Shown here: in pieces, positions 25,781 to 32,000 of the stretch
Position numbering within the stretch: the stretch's first letter is position 1
Layout: the number at the start of each line of letters is the position of its first letter
Notes under the pieces: model-generated
What the model was told of the DNA's origin: nothing
What the model saw: the letters and a program-made list of their open reading frames with translations, nothing else
Databases searched by the model: none
Position numbers and translations under genes: made by a program
Source of the DNA: Candidatus Brocadia sp.
GTDB lineage: Bacteria; Planctomycetota; Brocadiia; Brocadiales; Brocadiaceae
Length of the DNA: 32,000 nucleotides
Direction of reading: 5' to 3'
NCBI GenBank assembly: GCA_021650915.1
Contig: CP091279.1
Span: 3,030,001 to 3,062,000, forward strand

Positions 25781-27607
25781 TTATTCAACCGTCACGCTTT
25801 TGGCAAGATTCCTGGGTTTATCGACATCGCAGCCACGCATCACCGCCATGTGATAGGCCAGTAGTTGAAGCGGTATTACCGAAAGGATCGGTGTCAGCCA
25901 ATCAGACGTCTTTGGTATGTAAAACACATGGTCTACCTTTTCTCTGATATGATCGTCGCCTTCGGTCGCAATGGCAATTAATTTCCCCCCCCTGGATTTT
26001 ACCTCCGCGATATTGCTTAAAATCTTTCCGTAGACGCTGTCCTTGGTAGCAATAAAAACGACGGGCATGTCCTTGTTAATAAGGGCAATGGGGCCGTGTT
26101 TCATCTCTGCCGCCGGATAACCTTCGGCATGAATATAGGATATTTCCTTGAGTTTTAAGGCGCCTTCAAGCGCCACGGGGTAGTTGTATCCTCTTCCCAG
26201 ATAAAGGGCATTTCCACTGTCTTTGTAGAGGCGGGCAAGCTCCACAATCTTCTCTTCCCGATCGAGGATGGTCTGAATCTTATCGGGTATTGATTGGATA
26301 ACCTTAATCGCATCAGAGGATATGGGGTTGTGGGGATGCTTCAAATTCATCATATACAAGGTAAACAGATACAAAACGGTGATCTGGGCAGTAAATGCCT
26401 TGGTGGATGCAACCCCAATCTCGGGACCGATATGCAAATAGATCCCGCAATCAGCCTCACGGGCAATCGTACTGCCTACGACATTGCAGATAGAAAGCAG
26501 CTTTGCCCCCTTATGTTTTGCTTCCCGCATTGCCGCCAGGGTATCCGCCGTTTCTCCCGACTGGCTGATGGCTATAACGACCGTGTCTTCTTCAATTACG
26601 GGGTTGCGGTACCGAAACTCTGAGGCATATTCAACATCAACGGGGATACGCGCCAGTTCTTCCAGCATGTATTCACCCACAAGCCCCGCATGCCAGGAGG
26701 TGCCACAAGCGACAATGACAATACGTTTTGCCTCGCGGAGTTCCTTTTCACAACTAAGCAATCCCCCCAGTTTAACCAGACCATGATCAGCTTCTATCCT
26801 TCCGCGCATTGCATTTCGTAACGCCTGGGGCTGTTCGTGGATCTCTTTGAGCATAAAATGCTCGTATCCGCCCTTCTCGATCATATCAATATTCCATAGC
26901 ACCTCTTCCACTTTTTTGTAGGTGGGAATATTTTGCATCGTCTTGGTTTCATAATGATCCGGGGTGAGAATCGCCACCTCATTGTCATCCAGATAGACCA
27001 CGTCCCTTGTATACTCCAGAGAAGCAGAGACGTCCGAGGTGACAAAGTATTCTTTATTGCCAATGCCTATTACCAGAGGAGAGCCCTTTCTTGCCGCAAC
27101 AATCTTGTGCGGGTCTTTTGTAGAAATTACGGCAATACCATAGGTGCCTTCTACCTCTTTCAATGCCTCCATAACGGCTTTTTCGAGGTTATTCTGGAAG
27201 TATTTTTCGATGAGATGCGCCAGGATCTCGGTGTCGGTTTCACTCTGAAAGACGTGTCCTTCCCGTGTCAGTTTTGATTTCAGATAATCATAATTCTCGA
27301 TAATTCCATTATGCACCACAGCGATTTCGTTGTGACAATCCCTGTGGGGATGGGCATTTTCCATGGTCGGGGCGCCATGTGTCGCCCAGCGTGTATGGAC
27401 TATTCCAATATCAGTATTGAAATTGCCGCCATTGAGCTTCTTCTCCAGTTCGGCGATCTTTCCAACAGCTTTTTCGCACCGCAACCTGCCGTTCTCGACA
27501 AATGCGATTCCGGAGGAATCGTATCCACGATATTCGAGCCTTTTAATACCATCCAACAAGATATTGACGGCCTTATTCTGTCCGATATATCCTACAATTC
27601 CACACAT
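25781..27607 (-). CDS. glmS: Glutamine--fructose-6-phosphate aminotransferase
   Basis: The MCGIVGYIG N-terminus (catalytic Cys directly after Met) sets the start at 27607, not 27622. The C-terminus is LAKSVTVE. Confidence 0.95.
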   Translation of the reverse strand: MCGIVGYIGQNKAVNILLDGIKRLEYRGYDSSGIAFVENGRLRCEKAVGKIAELEKKLNGGNFNTDIGIVHTRWATHGAPTMENAHPHRDCHNEIAVVHNGIIENYDYLKSKLTREGHVFQSETDTEILAHLIEKYFQNNLEKAVMEALKEVEGTYGIAVISTKDPHKIVAARKGSPLVIGIGNKEYFVTSDVSASLEYTRDVVYLDDNEVAILTPDHYETKTMQNIPTYKKVEEVLWNIDMIEKGGYEHFMLKEIHEQPQALRNAMRGRIEADHGLVKLGGLLSCEKELREAKRIVIVACGTSWHAGLVGEYMLEELARIPVDVEYASEFRYRNPVIEEDTVVIAISQSGETADTLAAMREAKHKGAKLLSICNVVGSTIAREADCGIYLHIGPEIGVASTKAFTAQITVLYLFTLYMMNLKHPHNPISSDAIKVIQSIPDKIQTILDREEKIVELARLYKDSGNALYLGRGYNYPVALEGALKLKEISYIHAEGYPAAEMKHGPIALINKDMPVVFIATKDSVYGKILSNIAEVKSRGGKLIAIATEGDDHIREKVDHVFYIPKTSDWLTPILSVIPLQLLAYHMAVMRGCDVDKPRNLAKSVTVE

Positions 27608-27624
27608 AGGTTTATCCCTCAAAA

Positions 27625-28635
27625 TTATCGTGATGCTTTTACAAGTCTTTTCATTGCACTATACATTTCCGGCAATTTTTTGATTAATACCTGAATGCGT
27701 TTCTCTTCCGTAATGGGTTTGGCCGGCGATCCCCACACAACTGAACCAGCCTCCAAACTCTTATAAACATTGGAACCGCCGCCAATCATACACCCGTCGC
27801 CTATCGTTGCATGATCGGTAACACCAACATCTTCTGCAATCAGGACATTCCGCCCAATTTTAGCGCTTCCCGCAATTTTGGCGTACGCAATGAGCATCGA
27901 GTTGTCTCCGATAACAACGTTATGGGCAATATGGGAGTGGTTGTCTATCTTCACCCCGTTTCCCACAATAGTCTTGTCAAGGGCGGCACGGCAGATCGTT
28001 ACCATAGAACCAATTTCAACATCGTCCCCGATTTCAACGATTCCAACCTGTGGTATCTTTACGTGTGTCTTCTCCACCTGAAGATAGCCAAACCCTTCGT
28101 CACCAATGACACTATTGCAATGGATAATCGCCCGTTTCCCAATAATCGTATTTTCCAAAATAGAGACGTTGGCGTAGATAACTGAGTTATCCCCAATGCG
28201 ACTCCCCCTGCCGATAAACGTATTTGGATACAGAGTAACGTGATTACCGATCGTCACTCCGTCTTCCACGACAACGTGCGCACCGGCAGAAACCCCCTCT
28301 CCCACAACAGCTTCTTTGCTGATAATTGCCGTAGGGTGCATACCGGCAGGGCGTATATATCGTTCTTGTGCTACAATCCCCAGTAATTTTGTAAAGGAGA
28401 GGTTCGGGTTTTCTACGACAATTTGTGGTTTTCTGAGTTGTGGTGTCTCTCGGTGGATAACAAATGCGGCGGCACAAGACGTCAAAGCCTGTTGGACAAG
28501 AGAATCATTTCGGACAAAGGTTATGTCCCCTTCTTTTGCAGTTGCAACGCTCGCAATTCCCGTGATACAGGTATTCTCATTGCCAATAATTTTCCCACCA
28601 ATAAGCGACTGGATTTCACTAAGGGTAAATTTCAT
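27625..28635 (-). CDS. lpxD: UDP-3-O-acylglucosamine N-acyltransferase
   Basis: The N-terminal LpxD domain is MKFTLSEIQSLIGGKIIG...ITGIA...EGDITF, followed by a long hexapeptide-repeat region. Length is 336 aa. Confidence 0.9.
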   Translation of the reverse strand: MKFTLSEIQSLIGGKIIGNENTCITGIASVATAKEGDITFVRNDSLVQQALTSCAAAFVIHRETPQLRKPQIVVENPNLSFTKLLGIVAQERYIRPAGMHPTAIISKEAVVGEGVSAGAHVVVEDGVTIGNHVTLYPNTFIGRGSRIGDNSVIYANVSILENTIIGKRAIIHCNSVIGDEGFGYLQVEKTHVKIPQVGIVEIGDDVEIGSMVTICRAALDKTIVGNGVKIDNHSHIAHNVVIGDNSMLIAYAKIAGSAKIGRNVLIAEDVGVTDHATIGDGCMIGGGSNVYKSLEAGSVVWGSPAKPITEEKRIQVLIKKLPEMYSAMKRLVKASR

Positions 28636-28806
28636 GTGTCTGCAGAGAGTCTTACCGGTTTCCGCCTTTTTGCATCCTTCACGTTTTTGCTAAACAGTGA
28701 GATTATCATAGTCCTCCGCCTTTCCGGTATCAGAGATAACATGAACTGCAAATCTTCACTATTTTCAAACGATGGTAATGCGACAGGCCAGATTCAAATG
28801 AGGTGA

Positions 28807-30051
28807 TTATACCTGCCCAAGGATGATGCATGCGTTGTGACCACCAAAGCCAAATGAATTGGAAAGCGCTATCTTCACTTTCTTTTCCCTCGCTACCAGG
28901 GGGATAAAATCCAATCCCATACATTCGGGGTCGGGTGTCTCATAATTTATGGTTGGTGGCATGACACTCTCCGTAATTGCCAGGGCACAGATGATTACTT
29001 CAACGCTTCCGGAAGCGCCGAGTTGATGTCCCAGCATCGATTTTGTGGAACTAATAGGAATTTTTGGCGCATGTACCCCGAAAACCTCCTTTACGGCCTT
29101 CATTTCAATATTGTCACCAATGGGTGTTGATGTAGCATGAGCATTGATATAGCCTACCTCTTCCGGATTACACTGGGCGTCTTTCAGGGCACTTATCATA
29201 CACCGCTTGGCACCCTCGCCATGGGGTTCCGGCGCTGCAATATGATAGGCATCAGAATTAAGCCCATAACCGAGCACTTCCGCATAAATACGGGCGCCTC
29301 TTTTTCGTGCAAATTCAAATTCTTCGAGGACAACAACACCTGCGCCTTCTGAAAGGACAAAACCATCCCGGTCCTTATCAAAAGGACGGCTAGCCTTTTG
29401 CGGAGCGTCATTGCGGGTAGAAAGGGCCTTCATCGAACTAAAGCCTCCCAGCGTTAAAGGGGTAACTACCGCCTCAGAGCTTCCGGCGACCATAATATCC
29501 GCATCTTCCCTCTGGATAGTCCTGACGGCCTCTCCGATGGCATTGCCGCCGGTAGTGCATGCGGTTACCAGCGCATAATTGGGTCCCTTGAGTCCGAATC
29601 GTATTGCCACCTGCGCCGGAGCAGCATTGACCATTAATTTCGGAATCAGAAAAGGAGATATCCTCGAAGGCCCCTTTTTAAGCAGAATTTCATGCTGCGC
29701 CTCGAGCTCTAGTAAACCACCCATGCCAGAACCAATGATAACCCCTCCTCTTGTTTTGTCGAACCCCTCGAACCGAAGTTCGGCATCTTCTACTGCCAGA
29801 ATGGAGGCAATGAGCGCAAACTGGGCAAACCGGTCTAACCGTCGGGCTTCTTTAGTATCAAGCCAACGGGTAGGTTCAAAATCGCTGACCTCTCCTCCAA
29901 AGTGAACGTCAAAAGCCGTGGTATCGAAAGAGGTGATGGGCTTTATACCGCTTTTTCCTTCACAGAGCGCTGACCAGAGCTCTTTTTTTTCCTGCCCCAA
30001 TGAGGTAATTGCACCTACGCCGGTAATAACTACCCTTCGTCGTTTCCGCAT
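28807..30051 (-). CDS. fabF: Beta-ketoacyl-ACP synthase II
   Basis: RRVVITGVGAITSLG, the active-site context VTACTTG, HATSTPIGD and GHQLGASG. Confidence 0.95.
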   Translation of the reverse strand: MRKRRRVVITGVGAITSLGQEKKELWSALCEGKSGIKPITSFDTTAFDVHFGGEVSDFEPTRWLDTKEARRLDRFAQFALIASILAVEDAELRFEGFDKTRGGVIIGSGMGGLLELEAQHEILLKKGPSRISPFLIPKLMVNAAPAQVAIRFGLKGPNYALVTACTTGGNAIGEAVRTIQREDADIMVAGSSEAVVTPLTLGGFSSMKALSTRNDAPQKASRPFDKDRDGFVLSEGAGVVVLEEFEFARKRGARIYAEVLGYGLNSDAYHIAAPEPHGEGAKRCMISALKDAQCNPEEVGYINAHATSTPIGDNIEMKAVKEVFGVHAPKIPISSTKSMLGHQLGASGSVEVIICALAITESVMPPTINYETPDPECMGLDFIPLVAREKKVKIALSNSFGFGGHNACIILGQV

Positions 30052-30285
30052 TTATTTGTGTTCCTCAATGTATTTTATCGCGTCTCCCACCGTCCTTATC
30101 TTTTCCGCATCTTCGTCAGGAATATTCATATCAAAGGCGTCTTCAAACTCCATGATCAGTTCCACGGTATCCAAAGAATCTGCTCCCAGATCATTGATAA
30201 AAGCCGTTTCTTTCGTAATCTGTTCTGTCTTTACTCCCATCTGTTTTGTGATAATTTCCTTAACCTTATCTTCGACTGCTGACAC
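30052..30285 (-). CDS. acpP: Acyl carrier protein
   Basis: The phosphopantetheine site is [16 protein letters not shown]. Length is 77 aa. Confidence 0.95.
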   Translation of the reverse strand: MSAVEDKVKEIITKQMGVKTEQITKETAFINDLGADSLDTVELIMEFEDAFDMNIPDEDAEKIRTVGDAIKYIEEHK

Positions 30286-30301
30286 GGTTTACCTCCTTAT
30301 A

Positions 30302-31261
30302 CTAAAATGAATTCGATTTCCCTATATTCTCCATGGCCTCTATGGTGTCAATACTGTTAATCTCCTGGGTAGCGTCAATTCTCTTCATGAGCCCTGATAA
30401 CGTTTTACCAGGCCCAATCTCATAAAACCGATTAAATCCATTATGTATCAGCAGAGAGATCGACTGATGCCACCGCACCGGACTATTTAATTGTTTTGCT
30501 AAAGATACTTTTATCTCGTCAGGTTCTGTCACGTATTGTGCATAAATATTTGCAACAACCGGAATATTCGGCTTCGAGATAGGCGTTACTTCCAGTTCCC
30601 TTGCAAGTTTGTCGCTTGCGGGGGCCATTAAGCCTGAATGAAATGCGCCGTCTACCTTTAAAGGCACAACCATTCTTGCCCCTCGTTCCTTGGCGAGAAC
30701 GGATGCCTTTTCTAACAACGGTTTTTCGCCTGAGATAACCACCTGCCCCGGGCTATTATAATTTGCCGCACAAAGCACTCCTGCCGGCATCATTTCTGCG
30801 CAGATCTGTTCCACTTTTTCGTCTGCCAATCCAATAACGGAAACCATTCCGCCCGGATTTGCATTGCAAGCCTCCTGCATAAACAAGCCACGCTGAGACA
30901 CGAGCCTGACCGCATTTCGAAAGGCCATCGAACCGGCAGCAACATGCGCCGTATATTCTCCCAGACTCAGTCCGGCGGCTGCCTGGCACTCATTTTCGCT
31001 CGTAGCCGTATTTGTTTTCAAGACTTCCAGGATCGCCAGGCTGGTTACGAGTATGGCAGGCTGACACAGGGAGGTTTTATTTAACTCTTCCTGCTTCCCC
31101 TGGAAACAAAACGCCGCTATATCAAACCCAAGGATTTCATTCGCCTGATTGAATACCTCCCGCGCCTCTTTGAAATGGGTATAAAAATCCTTTCCCATCC
31201 CCACGTATTGCGACCCCTGGCCAGGAAAAAGAAATGCGGTCTTTCGTATATGCCCTACCAT
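30302..31261 (-). CDS. fabD: Malonyl-CoA:ACP transacylase
   Basis: AFLFPGQGSQYVGMG and the active-site Ser in AAGLSLGEYTA. Confidence 0.95.
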   Translation of the reverse strand: MVGHIRKTAFLFPGQGSQYVGMGKDFYTHFKEAREVFNQANEILGFDIAAFCFQGKQEELNKTSLCQPAILVTSLAILEVLKTNTATSENECQAAAGLSLGEYTAHVAAGSMAFRNAVRLVSQRGLFMQEACNANPGGMVSVIGLADEKVEQICAEMMPAGVLCAANYNSPGQVVISGEKPLLEKASVLAKERGARMVVPLKVDGAFHSGLMAPASDKLARELEVTPISKPNIPVVANIYAQYVTEPDEIKVSLAKQLNSPVRWHQSISLLIHNGFNRFYEIGPGKTLSGLMKRIDATQEINSIDTIEAMENIGKSNSF

Positions 31262-32000
31262 CGTATGACCGAAGATCCCCAGGTCAACCCGCCTCCAAAC
31301 GCTACCAGCATAACAAGGTCTCCCCGACGGAGTCGCCCTTCCCTTCTGGCCTCGTCAATCGCAATAGGAATAGATGCTGATGAGGTATTTCCATATTTAT
31401 CGATATTAACAAATGCCTTTTCCATAGGCAACCCAAGTTTTTCCATAGTTGCCTCAATTATTCTCAGATTGCTCTGATGAGGAATAATAAGGTCGATATC
31501 TTCGATCGTCAGGTTGTTTTTATTTACCGTTTCCAGAATCAGGCTGGTTATATTCTGAATCGCCAGCTTGAATACCTCTTTCCCTTTGAATTGGATATAA
31601 TGCGCCCTTTGTTGAATTGATTCTAAAGATGCGGGACTCCTAGCCCCCCCTCCCGGCATAATCAGGATATCTGCCTGTGAACCATCTGCTGCCAGGCTCG
31701 TAGAGAGAATTTCATGCTGGGTAAGGCTTTTTTGAATAACAACCGCTCCGGCGCCATCTCCAAACAATACACAGGTGGTGCGATCGGTATAGTCGGTAAT
31801 CGTTGATAAACACTCGGCGCCTGCCACGAGGACGGTCTCCACGGCCCCTGAATTTACAAAACTTTGTGCAATTGACATCGCATAAATAAATCCGGCGCAT
31901 GCTGCCAGTATATCAAACGCACCCGCTCTTGTTGCGCCGATTTTTTGCTGGATAAAACAGGAAGTCGAAGGGAAGATGTGATCTGGGGTTATGGTCGAGG
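31255..32000 (-). CDS. fabH: Beta-ketoacyl-ACP synthase III (5' end beyond window)
   Basis: The frame stays open past the ORF-track Met at 31878 and reads ...DILAACAGFIYAMSIAQ (active-site Cys). The C-terminus is GGGLTWGSSVIRW. A full-length gene (~330 aa) would start beyond nt 32000. Confidence 0.9.
   Translation of the reverse strand, partial: STITPDHIFPSTSCFIQQKIGATRAGAFDILAACAGFIYAMSIAQSFVNSGAVETVLVAGAECLSTITDYTDRTTCVLFGDGAGAVVIQKSLTQHEILSTSLAADGSQADILIMPGGGARSPASLESIQQRAHYIQFKGKEVFKLAIQNITSLILETVNKNNLTIEDIDLIIPHQSNLRIIEATMEKLGLPMEKAFVNIDKYGNTSSASIPIAIDEARREGRLRRGDLVMLVAFGGGLTWGSSVIRW

Noticed and set aside
27608-27622. ORF-track start of glmS at 27622 (MRDKPMCGIV)
   Set aside because: GlmS requires Cys as the first residue after Met removal, so the MCGIVG start at 27607 is correct.

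Overview
The window has two parts. Nt 9,700-32,000 is a conserved housekeeping backbone of a diderm bacterium (lpxD is present). Most genes there are on the minus strand: fabH-fabD-acpP-fabF, lpxD, glmS, an hpf-ptsN-(HPr-EI fusion) nitrogen-PTS module, a TIGR03936-like gene with rng, rplU-rpmA-obg-coaX, and a class-III aminotransferase. On the plus strand it carries a JAB-DinG fusion helicase and an SDR/O-methyltransferase pair. Nt 1-9,700 is accessory DNA on the plus strand with two modules. (1) Nt 1-5,160 is a visibly more G+C-rich, tightly packed five-gene cassette. It holds the C-terminal ~390 aa of a radical-SAM enzyme (cut by the window edge), a 236-aa protein with four copies of a W-x-E-P-A-H motif, and a ~789-aa protein with 37 Cys and an internally duplicated ~118-aa module. 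These are followed by a DUF1360-type membrane protein and an overlapping 102-aa ORF starting MGCCG. I cannot assign this cassette to any characterised system, and it is my best candidate for something undescribed. (2) Nt 5,480-9,663 holds a SWIM-zinc-finger SNF2 helicase followed by a translationally coupled BglII-fold restriction endonuclease and MT-A70 methyltransferase. This is a likely defence locus. I saw no tRNA, rRNA, CRISPR array, transposase or integrase. Three intergenic palindromic elements are present, two of them nested perfect inverted repeats at 20.7-21.0 kb. All family assignments come from motif recognition by eye. No database search was run.
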